DNA from: the human T2T-CHM13v2.0 reference genome, Homo sapiens
Length of the DNA stretch: 64,000 bases
Assembly (NCBI RefSeq): GCF_009914755.1
Contig: NC_060938.1
Reading direction: 5' to 3' (one strand)
A model generated the notes under the pieces. It worked only from the letters and a program-made list of their open reading frames with translations, was not told where the DNA came from and made no database searches. Below are positions 50,726 through 64,000 of the stretch, in pieces (positions within the stretch are counted from its first letter, which is position 1; every line of letters begins with the position of its first letter). The position numbers were made by a program, and so were the translations under genes.

Positions 50726-51610
50726 TATCAAGTAAACCATGGCACAGGTGTTAGGCTGATGTGGAAAGTATGAATGGTTGATGTTTGGGTCACACTGCCT
50801 AACACCAGGCCTCTGAGTTTTTCAAACTAATTGCTCTTCCATGGCCTGGGTTCTGGATGCTGTTTGAAGTTTCTTCCAAGCCACCAACTTCTCTGGGGGC
50901 TGAAATTCCTTTGTTCTACAGGATCTGCCTGGCTTGAAGTCTTTTGCTCAGGCTAATCTATCCCACTTTAAATCCTATAGCACCACAGAAACTCAACGAC
51001 AAAAAAAAAAGAAAAAAGAAAAAAAAAAGAAAAAAGCTGGCCAGTGGCAGGAAAATACCTCTAGAAGTTAAAAAGCAGCCAAACCCTTGGTAAGAGGATT
51101 AACTCAGCCACTGGAAGGTGAAGCTTTCTGAAGATGACATCTGGAGTCAGGAGGCAGGCCAGCCGGCTGCAAGGTGGGCTCCTAATGCAAATGGAATGCA
51201 AGCTTGGAGCTCTGATGGAGATCCAGAGGGGCTGTGGATAGAGTGCTCAGCAGTCACTGTTACAGCCTGCAAGCAGGAGGTGCCGAAAATCTGAAGTTTC
51301 AGGGAAGGAAAAACGCAATGGGAATAAAAGCAGCTCTCTGTGAGGAGATTTTCATTGGGCTCACTCCCTCCTTGCATTCCAAACCTGTTATCCATTGTGT
51401 GTTAAAGAGCACTTTCTTCAGAAGGAATCCCCTTAAGCTCTGCTGACAAGTTAAAAGGAGTTTTGCTGGCTGATAGGTAGAGAAATTGATGTGAAATTCA
51501 CTAGCATCAGTGGAAATTGCAAAGTTAAATCTCCAGCTCAAATGCTAGAATTGTAATTCTGGCTTATAATAGATCAGTACCCTTTCAGTAATATTGTGTG
51601 CATCTGTTGA

Positions 51611-52238
<628 letters not shown>

Positions 52239-52799
52239 TATTTTTTAAAAGATCATTTGGCTGCTATCCATCAAATACCCAAGAACCCTGAAAAAGATAG
52301 TCTGAGACAAAGACTATGCATCCATTCTCTGGTTCCCTAAGCTGTCTGTCTGTATCCGGTTAGAATATGAAAAGCTAGTTCCTAGGCCACAGGAACTTCT
52401 TACAGAAATGCCTTTTTATTAAATCCCACCAAAATAATAACATCCTTTGCTTCTAAATCAGAATGTCGTGGCATCATTAGAAAAATCCTTATGCTACTTA
52501 ATATCCTCATGAATAAGGATCTTTGTATTTGTCACATTTGAATCGGGGATTAAATTAAGTTTGGTATGTTTCCTTTAATCAGACAAGTGTTATATAATCC
52601 ATACTATTTCTCTTTTTACTTTGGCTTCCAGGAAGCTCAAAGTTAAATAATCTATTTACCTGATTTTGTTATATATTATGTCTGTTAATCAGGTCTCTCT
52701 TAGGTCTCTCTTTGCTTGCAATGGCAGATATTCAACTCAAATTAGCTTAAGCAATAAAAAGGGGGAGACAAATCTTACTGCCTCCTATAACTGAAAAGT

Positions 52800-53699
52800 T
52801 GAAAATTTCAGAGTAGATCTGATCATAAAATCTTAGATTAGGGCAAATCAAAGGGATATAGGAGCCAACCACAAAGGGTTTCCAATGAGCAGAGCTGGAA
52901 CAATTGGAACCACAAAATAAATAATATGGAAATATAAACCAAAATGTAAAACACACATACGTGAGTCCTCACTTATATAAATAAATGATTTAATAAATAC
53001 GCAAATAAACAGGGACAAGAAACAAATCTTCCTTATAAAAGAATTTCAAATAATATGTGTACATACTCCCTTTCTAGGAAGTAGAGCTTAATTCCTACTC
53101 CCTTCCCTCCACCTTGAGGTTGGGCTAGATTTAGTGGCTTGCTTCCAAGTAGTGGAAGAGTATGGGAAAGAGAGAGAGTAACTTTACCATGGAGCAACCT
53201 GGCAGACACTACCTTAACCATGAGATGAAGGTTAACATCACCAGTGATGGGTCATGTTGATATCATGAATCTCCCGAAATGAGAAGACAAGAAGGACGCT
53301 TCACTTCCATGGTTTCCTTTCCAAAAATCTACAACCCCAGTCTAATCACGAGAAAAACATCAATTTTGGGAATATTCTACAGGCTACCTGGCCAGTACTC
53401 CTCAAGACTGTCAAGGTCATGAAAAACAAAGGAAAGACTAAGCAACCATCCTAGACCAGAGGAGATGGGGGAGACATGATTAAATATGCAATATGGTAAC
53501 CTAGATTAGAAAGAGGATAGAAAAAGTGACGAAATCCAAATAAAAAAGTGACGAAATCCTGGAGTTTAGTTATGTACCAATAATAACGTACCAATGTTGG
53601 TTTTTTATTTGTGACAAATGTACAATAGCAAGGTATAATACAAGGTGCTAACAGTGGGGGTAACTGAGTGAGGGGTATATGGGACTCTCTGTACTATGA

Positions 53700-53700
<1 letters not shown>
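52800..53700 (+). mobile_element. Old L1M(C-type) 3' region
   Basis: 'gtaactttaccatggagcaacctggcagacactaccttaacca…ccagtactcctcaagactgtcaaggtcatgaaaaacaaagg…gggactctctgtactat'. Confidence 0.7.
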
Positions 53701-54434
<734 letters not shown>

Positions 54435-54956
54435 AAGTAAATTTAACATTATTTAAAGAAAAAAAAAAGTTAAAAATAACAAAGGGACAAACAAAAATAA
54501 ATAATTAAGTGGTAGATTTAAATCCAATCATATCAATAATCACATTAAATGTTAATGGCCTAAACACTCTAATTAAAAGGTAGAATGGTCAGAATGGATA
54601 AAAGAGATGTACTTTAATTATAAAGACAGTTAGACTAAAAGTAAATCGTAATAGAAAATTTACCGTATACAAAGTAACCATAAGAAGGGTAAAGTAATTA
54701 CATTAATATCATGCAAAATACATTTCAACGCAAAGTATTAATAGAGATAAGTTACATATAAACACACCTATTTAATCTTAAGTAAAAGCCTATATGAGAT
54801 CATTAATTGATATGAGATTTGTTGTTATTCTAGTCTAATATTTGCCTTTTTCTCTTTTATTTGTCACCTTCACTCCCTCGCCCCCAACATAACCAATTTT
54901 TACAACCTAGTATTTAGTATTTCTCCCTCCAAATTTTTCTTCATGCTTTTAAAAGT

Positions 54957-55250
54957 TCTTTTTTTGGAGACAGAATTTTGCTCTTTTTGCCCAGGCTGGA
55001 GTGCAAGGGCGTGATCTCGGCTCACTGCAACCTCTGCCTCCTGGGTTCAAGCAATTTGTCCTGCCTCAGCCTCCTGGGTAGCTGGGATTACAGGCATCTG
55101 CCACCACACCTGGCTAATTTTTTGTATTTTTAGTAGAGTTGGGGTTTCACCAGGTTGGCCAAGCTGGCCTCGAACTCCTGACCTCAGGTGATCCACCCAC
55201 CTCTGCCTCCCAAAGTGCTGAGATTACAGGCTGAGCCACCGCGCCTGGCC
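54957..55250 (-). mobile_element. Alu
   Basis: Reverse dimer; TSD ttaaaagt. Confidence 0.95.
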
Positions 55251-56863
55251 TTAAAAGTACTTCTAAATAGATGACACACATATATATACATGTATATATA
55301 CATTTCCAAATAATATTGTCTTTGTTTTAGGAAAAATGAGTTTATACCATACACATTGTATCTCAGCTTGTTTTTAGACTTCCCCAGGTCTCCAGATGTA
55401 GCACTAACTTATTATTTTCATTTTTAAGAATGATCCATTATTATAATTATTCATGAATTGTTATAAACTATTAAGAATTTTCCATAATTTACTCAACACT
55501 GACCATCCATCCTTACATTACTTGTATGATAAGGAATGCCAGCTATGAAATTCTGGGTCAAAGAGACGTTCTGTAATTTTAAAACATTTTGCCCAGGCTA
55601 CTTCTCCAGAAGGTTGTGACAATCTGCGTGCCCGCCAGCAATGTACTCGGGTACCTTCTTCCCTGCACAGGAAGCAGACTCCGTCCATACAACCTGATAA
55701 TCGTCCTCCCCATCCCATGATGGGTGCAGTGGCAGGCCTGACGGGTTTCGCCCAGTTGTCCGGGGGCACCTGGCTCTCTTGGTTGAGGTAGCAGCCCTGA
55801 GGCCCACAGACCCCCAGCTCCTGCCCGATCTCTTCCTTCAGGTCCCAAATCCCTGGTCAGGGTCATGTGTGTGAACCTGTCTATGTTCACCTGGGTCGAG
55901 TGCTCCTGGAGGGAAGCACCCAGCTCTCCTGCAGCTCACCCATGCACAGTCATGGGTTGAAGGGGATGAGAGGCCAGCATGGGATCCAATGAGACGTAAC
56001 CTCCTCATGGGGTCTGGTGTCTCCTCCTGGCAGACTCTGCTCTCCCTGACCTCACATTCATCTTTGCTTACCCATTGCCAGCCTGACTGGCCTTAGACCC
56101 ACGACAGACTCAGGGACAGCGCACTGTTGAGCTGGTTCCCATCACTGTGTGAGGCCTGATGCCTGCCATCAATCCCGTGCAACACTTAGCGGTTCTACAC
56201 CTCTGCCTGCACCCTGATTAATCCACTGCAATTGCTCCACCGCAGCTTTCTGTAAAAACAAAAACGTTCAGTCTTGATTGTATTAATATATGTTCATAAG
56301 AGCCGTGACTAGGGGTAGCCTTTAAATGGTGTCTTGCAACGGTTATGCCTAACTATAAACTGGAATTCACTGATGCAGTTTTGCAGCAAGTCAATTCAGC
56401 AAACATGTATTGAGCACCTATTGTTTGCTCTCTCAATAGTAATAATTCTCTTTTATCATGACAAAGAAAAGGGAAAGTCTTGAGGTAAGGTTCTTTTTTT
56501 AAGTAGTTTATGTTGTTATTCTACCAATTTCATATCAGATTACTCCTCTAAATATCTGTAATGAAAATAAACCTTTTATTAGGTGATAAGATGAATGACG
56601 CCAGTGAGCTAACAGCTGTCATATATAGTTTTTTTGTGCTGACTTCCTAAGGACTAAGATCTAACTAATTTTCTAATGCTGGCTCTCCTTTTTAAAAAAG
56701 TAAAAAAACTCTAACACGCTAACACAGATCAACATCTTCAGAATTTCAACAATAGTTTAATTAATTTATACCTAATGCTTTTCAGGTGAGTTGGCATAGG
56801 AAAACAAACAAACAAAAAATTTAATATACCTAATGCTTAGACTTGCAAATATTTAAGAGGCAT

Positions 56864-57173
56864 TCTTCTTTCTTTCTTTCTTTCTTTTTTTTTGAGACAG
56901 TCTCGCCCTGTTGCCCAGGTTGGAGTGCAATAGCATGATCTCAGCTCACTGCAACCTCCGCCTCCTGAGTTCAGGTGATTCTCCTGCCTCAGCCTCCTGA
57001 GTAGCTGGGATTACAGGCCCATGCCACCATGCCCAGCTAATTTTTTGTATCTTCAGTAGAGACAGGGTTTCACCATGTTGGCCAGGTTGTTCTTGAACTC
57101 CTGACCTTGTGATCCACCCGCCTCGGTCTCCCACAGTGCTGGGATTACAGGTATGAGCCACTGTGTCTGGCCT
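56864..57173 (-). mobile_element. Alu
   Basis: Reverse dimer. Confidence 0.95.
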
Positions 57174-57231
57174 CTTGTTATCTTTTTAAGTAAAAAATAA
57201 AGAAGAGTGAGTATTACTGTCCATCTCATGA

Positions 57232-57512
<281 letters not shown>

Positions 57513-57539
57513 AGATCCCTTAGAAATTTTAAAACTTGT

Positions 57540-58050
57540 CTAACTCTTTGATGCTCCTCTCATCGAAAGGTGGGGTCTCATTGCCCTCCCCTTGAATATG
57601 GGCTGGCCTTAGTGACTCTCTTGGAAGTGACCCTTCTTGATTTTTAGGGGAGGTTCAGTCATAAAATGTGATACAGATTCTACCTGATTCTCTCTCCTTA
57701 GGGTCATGTGCTTTGGGATCCCTGAACTACTGTAAGGACCACAGCTACCTTGAAGGCGTCATGCTGGAGAGACTATGTAGAGTCCACACAGAGACAGAAA
57801 TACCTAAGGAGCCCCATCTGCCCAGACCCAGATATTTGAGCCTTTCCGGCCCAAAAGCCAGACACGTGAGTGGGCCCCCTTCAGTTGGTTCCAACCCCAG
57901 CCACCATCCAATAGCAACAGTGTGTGAGAGACAGTGAAAACCACCCAGCTGAGCCCAGTTAACCCCCAGAACTATGAGAAATAATTACATGTTATTTTAA
58001 ACTGTGATGTTTGGAGTGATTTGTTATGCAGCAATAAATAGCTGGAACAT
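57540..58050 (+). mobile_element. MLT1-family LTR
   Basis: 'ccccttgaatatgggctggccttagtgact…ccacccagctgagcccag…tttggagtgatttgttatgcagcaataaatagctggaaca'. Confidence 0.8.
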
Positions 58051-58254
58051 TCTAGGTAAAGAAATAAATAGCAAAGTCATCCTGCTCATAGAACTCACAG
58101 TCTATAGGGAGACAGACTCGGTCTTAATACAACCTAAGCTCTCTATGGAAGGTATTCAAGTTTCAGAGAATGCACAGCGGCAGGACTGCATCTGACTTCC
58201 AGATGTGAATGTCAAGGAATCTCATATCTTATGTTTATTAATTTATTTAGTTAG

Positions 58255-58440
58255 TTAGTTTTTCATTTTTGAGACAGGTTCTTGTTCTGTGGCCCAGGCT
58301 GGAGTGCAACAGTGCCATCACAGCTCACTGAAGTCTTAACCCCTCAGCCTCAAGCGATCCTCCCACCTCAGCCTCCCAAGTAGCTGGGACCACAGGTATG
58401 TACCACCACCCCCAGTTAATTATATATTTTTTAAAAATTT
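58255..58440 (-). mobile_element. Alu right arm / FRAM
   Basis: Reverse right monomer only. Confidence 0.85.
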
Positions 58441-58917
58441 TATTTAATAACAGCTCTAATCTGCAACAAACAAACAAATTCCTGAAGCCTACAGAATCTG
58501 GTTGGCTTGTGTGTTATATTTGTGCAACAAACAACCAGCCCAAATAAGCTGATAATTGTCACTTAGAAACACGCTTAAAGATTGAATCTCTTTACTATTC
58601 AATTTATATGCCACCTTATGCTCTGAACATTTTAGCATGGATTTCAGAAACTCTTCTAGATATTGCAAACTTTGTTAACTGGAAGCTTGGGAGGCAACTA
58701 TTTCCCACTTCACAATCTGACCTAAGAGAAGGAGACAAAACCAACCCTGTAAGCAACCTGTTCTAAAACAAGCAATTTACACCATCCTCATGGAATCACA
58801 GGCCAATCCTGGGAGACAGAGCTTGTTATAGTCATTATACAGAGGCAGGAACCAAATATTAGGGAAAAGCCATCTGCCCAAGGTCAGCAAAAGACAGGTG
58901 ATTTCCCAACCCTCTTT

Positions 58918-59672
58918 CTGTTTATGGACTGAACTGTGTTCCCCCAAAAGATGTAAAGTCCTAACCCCCAGAATCTCAGAATGTGACCTTATTTGGGAAC
59001 AGAGTTAGGACAGCTGTGATCACTTAAGACGAGGTCATACTAGAGTAGGATGGCCCCCATACAGTATGAATGGCATCCTTAAGAGAAGAAGCAGAGAGGC
59101 CAGGCATGATGGCTCATGCCTGTAATCTCAGCACTTTGGGAAGCCCAGGCAGGTGGATCTCTTAAGGCCAGGAGTTTGAGAACAGCCTGGCCAATGTGAA
59201 GAAACCCCATCTCTACTAAAAATACAAACATTACCCAAGCGTGGTGGTGCATGCCTGTAATCACAGCTACTCAGGTGGCTGAGGCATGAGAATTGCTTCA
59301 ACCCCGGGGAGGTGGAGGTTGCAGTGACCCGAGATCACACCAATGCACTCCAACCTGAGCAACAGAGAGTGACTCTGTCTCAAAAAAAAAAAAAAAAAAA
59401 AGGTTAGAAGAGAGAGGGACACATACTGGGAGAAGATACCACGTGAAGACAGAGGCAGAGACTGTGGTGATGCAGCTGTGGGCCAAGGAACGCCACAGCA
59501 CACGGATAAGGCAAGAAAGCATCTTCCCCTAGAGCCACCAGAACAAGCACAGCCCTTCTGACACCTTGATCTCAGGCTTCCAGCCTCCAGACTGAGAGAG
59601 AGTAAGTTGCTGTTGCTTATGATGCCCGCAGTCTGCGGGACTTGGTTGCAGCAGCCCCAGGAAACAGATGCT
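58918..59672 (+). mobile_element. MLT1B/C-type LTR split by an Alu
   Basis: 'tgtttatggactgaactgtgttcccccaaaa…gaatgtgaccttatttgg…gacaccttgatctcaggcttccagcctccagactgaga'. Confidence 0.85.
59098..59402 (+). mobile_element. Alu
   Basis: Dimer. Confidence 0.95.
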
Positions 59673-60269
59673 GAGCTCTGAGCCTAAAGAGGGGGTCACA
59701 CAGGCCTGATCTGACTGTTCGTCTTGACCTTGACCCTGTAAGGGAGGAGAAGGTGTGCAGTGCAGAGGTTAAGGACTCACTCTGTGGTCGCTCTGGGCCA
59801 AGCACTCACCATTGCACTCAGCTGTGCTAAAAATGGTCTGAGATGGGCCGGGTGTCCCTGTGCCAGGAAACTGTTTTCTGAAGAAAGGGCTGGGAGTAGT
59901 AGTTGTTGTTCCAGTGTGGGCTCCATCACAGGAATTCTTGTTTCTCTGAAGGATTTTCCATATAAATGAAGACATTTACAAATTTATCTAGATTAATTGG
60001 GTGTGGCTGCTGAACAAACAGGGGAAAATCCCATAATTGAGCCCTGGGCCCTGGAACAACAAGGACCCTGTGTGCAGTCCCGCACACAGAAGAGAACGAG
60101 AAAGGGAAAGAAACCTAGAAATAGGAAAAATATCTCAGGGCATAATCCCAAAAGAGGCAGCTGGACTCAAAGGTCACCCTAGAGGTGTGGGTTTAAAATC
60201 TAGGTGCCCCAAACTCGACTCGGGGGTTCCTACCTCCTGGCCTTCCTCCACTCCTTTCACTCCTATGTG

Positions 60270-60465
60270 CGCACGCACGCACGCACACACACACACACAC
60301 AGACACACAAACACAGACACATGCAGACACACACACACCCACACACCACACACACTACACACACTGACACATGCAGACACACACACATATACACACCTTA
60401 TACACACAGACACGCCCACAAAGACAAACACAAACACTAAACACAGACACAGACATACAGATACC
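60270..60465 (+). repeat. (CA)-rich low-complexity repeat
   Basis: Degenerate CA tract. Confidence 0.9.
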
Positions 60466-60517
60466 CTTGGGAACAGAAATAACTAGACATTTTAAAGCCT
60501 TTTTAGAAAAACACATT

Positions 60518-60685
60518 GGGCTTGTGCAATGTCTCACACTGTAGTCCCAGTTATTAGGAAGACTGAGCCAGAAGAATGCTTAAGCCCAGGAGTTTAAGGC
60601 TACAGTGAGCCATGATCACACCACTGCACTCCGGTCTGGGCAACAGAGCGAGACTCTGTCTACACACACACACATACACACACTG
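60518..60685 (+). mobile_element. FRAM/Alu right arm with (CA)n tail
   Basis: Monomer ending gagcgagactctgtctacacac. Confidence 0.8.
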
Positions 60686-61492
60686 CACGTTGCATGTATT
60701 CATTCAACATCCAGTCCTGTGCTAGGTGATCTCAGCTGCATTATCGTCTTGCTTTTTTCCCCACAACAACCCTCCAAGGCAGTTGTTACTTTTCCCATTT
60801 TGCAGACAGAAACACTGAACCCCAGAAATATTAAGGGTTGGTTCAAGATTTCACAGTCGGCAAGCAGCCCAGCAGGAAAGCTTATCCCTCTCCTGAGCTC
60901 CAGATCCCAGGCCTGTTTCTCAGCAAACAGAAGAAGCCCACACTTATTCCATCAACAGTTACAGGGCTCAGGATAAAGCAATGACTGAAACACATAAGCC
61001 GTCTCCTCGAGGAGCTTACGTGTCTCATCATCCAAGAGTCCACACTTCTCCAATGACTCATGTCCTCCCCAGGGACAGAACTCACCCAACTTTACTGTGC
61101 ATGAGAATTCTGGGGTGTAGGGTTCCCGTGCATGTTAGTTCTGTAGGTTGGAGGTGGGGGCAAGACTGCATTCCCAGCAAACTTCCAGGTGAACCTAATG
61201 TTGTTGGCCCATGCACCACACCCCGTGCAGCAAGGCTGTGTGACATCATGAAAAGAGGAAGAGGGTTTTGCTCATGTCCCATATCAGTTGCTGAATATTT
61301 TTCTTAATATCAGCCCTGGTCACCTGACTGGTGAGTTTGGGAAGGGAACTGGCAGATATAGTGGCCAGTTCCCCATGAAAGCATCCCGTTCTGCTCCCTG
61401 GGCTCTGCAGTTATCAGGATGGTCTGTGCCTGGATGGGTAAGTGCCTCTTCCTGGCATTCCATCTTAGGATACCCCCAGCCCAAAGAGATAG

Positions 61493-62154
<662 letters not shown>

Positions 62155-62184
62155 CAGGTAATTTTTAAAAATTTATTATTTACC

Positions 62185-62316
<132 letters not shown>

Positions 62317-62358
62317 TAGTAATTTCTTAATTGGTTCCAAACTGTGGCAGTGAAGAGT

Positions 62359-62445
62359 TATTAGGTTGAACCCTGTGAAATTGCCCATTGTACAATCATT
62401 TAAAACCAGTAAAACACCATTAATTTGGTACATTTCAACCTAGTA
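62359..62445. mobile_element. MADE2-like mariner MITE
   Basis: About 87 bp with TIRs tattaggttgaa…ttcaacctagta and TA termini. Confidence 0.7.
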
Positions 62446-63019
62446 TTCATTGGGCACCCTGAAATCCCAAAACTCACTGGTGGTTTTCAGACTTAGATTA
62501 TATCAAAATCACCAGAAATTTGGTAAAAATATGAAGGCCCAGGCCCTATCCTACTTTAATCAGCTTGGGCCTCTGTGTTTGGCCTGGGCCTTCTAGGTGG
62601 TTCTGCAGACAACAAAGTTTGAGGAGCCCTAGCTACAAGGTAAGCACAATACTAAGTGTTATGTTTCTTTCTTCTTTTGTTAAACACAGACATGAAAAAT
62701 TAAATTGTATTACAATTAAATAAATTATATTAAAAGCAAAGACAATACATACTCAAAACTCATCACTTTCTAATTATTTTACCATATTTTACCATCACCT
62801 GTTCCTTGGGGCTCCCTTCATTGGTGGTGTCAGTGTGGTGAAAGTAATGTGCAAAGGTGGGCTCCTGGCCACCCCTCCCCAGCTCTGCATCCGTGACTTC
62901 ATGTTACTTGCTTGAAATCATCCGTGCAGAGAGTGTTTACACCACGGAATTCAGCACACACTACAAATCAGGGCTCATTCCCGCCTCCCCAGAAATCAGT
63001 TGTTTAACCAATGTCCATA

Positions 63020-63140
63020 GTCATCCCCATTTCACAGATGAGGAAACTAAGGTATGAGGAGCAGACGACTTTCCCAAGGTCTCAGAGCCACAGTTTGAAT
63101 CCAGACAGCTGACTCCGGAGCCCAGGATTTTAACCAATGT
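63020..63140 (-). mobile_element. MIR
   Basis: 'ccccatttcacagatgaggaaactaagg…actttcccaaggtctcagagc…ctgactcc'. Confidence 0.8.
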
Positions 63141-63553
63141 ATACATTAGGCTGTGTCTCTTCCTAGGCTTGTGGTGTGAGTCTCCACCCACCTTCCTGGA
63201 AAGGGATCTCCCTGCAACAACTGGTCTCCCTGCCACCAAAATCTCGCTGCTTCTCCTCTAGCAGTCTAAATAGCAAACATAAATAAGGCTCTGGGGTCTC
63301 CAGCAGGACAACAGCCAGTGGCCTCTGATGGGTCCGGCTCCTCTGTTGGGAGTGGGTGCTTTGGTGCCCCAAGTCCAATCTCTTGCAGATCTCCCCACCA
63401 ATGAATGTCCCAACAGCTGCATATACACATACTAAGCAGGTTAAAATAAATATGTGGGTGCTATTGAAGGTGGGAAAGAGAAAATGTGGTGAGAGAGGGA
63501 GTTTGGAGGTTGGAGGGTTGGCAGGTCAAGTTTTGTCTTTCAGATGAGATGCA

Positions 63554-63855
<302 letters not shown>

Positions 63856-64000
63856 ATAAGGGGCCATTGGCCAGATACCTGGAGAGGTGTCAGGCAGGCT
63901 TTGTGTCCTGGCTGGCAGTACTATCCACCCCACCCACCCCAGCAGTAGCCTCTTCGTCCCTTGAGATAGCTAGGAAGGAGAGGGGAGGGAAAGCCTCCCA

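Noticed and set aside
51001-51035. Isolated A-rich tract as the tail of another retrocopy
   Set aside because: No recognisable mRNA or SINE body or convincing TSD upstream.

Overview
This looks like primate (almost certainly human) euchromatic DNA. It is GC- and Alu-rich: about 50 Alu/FLAM/FRAM copies cover roughly a quarter of the window, alongside MIR, L2, old L1, MaLR/ERVL LTRs and hAT/mariner DNA-transposon fossils. The only recognisable protein-coding homology is a full-length processed copy of RPSA (40S ribosomal protein SA / 37-kDa laminin receptor precursor) at 48270-49324. It retains a 5'TOP start, polyA signal, polyA tail and 9-bp TSD, and carries a single late nonsense codon (Q261*). 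The most interesting signal is that this retrocopy may have been captured as the last exon of a spliced transcript. A donor in a CpG island (after 11875), a splice-site-bounded 131-nt segment (32811-32941) and a cryptic AG in the retrocopy's own 5'UTR (48334-48335) join into one uninterrupted reading frame (…ASCKDQ|GNLAAG…MENLQKNLLPKQRRRS-R|[13 protein letters not shown]…). A 39-bp tandem repeat duplicates the donor in frame. This gene model is inferred from sequence alone and needs RNA evidence. Other points of note are a pre-miRNA-sized hairpin, a (GGAA)15 microsatellite, a MARE/AP-1 cluster and several nested transposons. Repeat subfamily names and boundaries are by eye and approximate.
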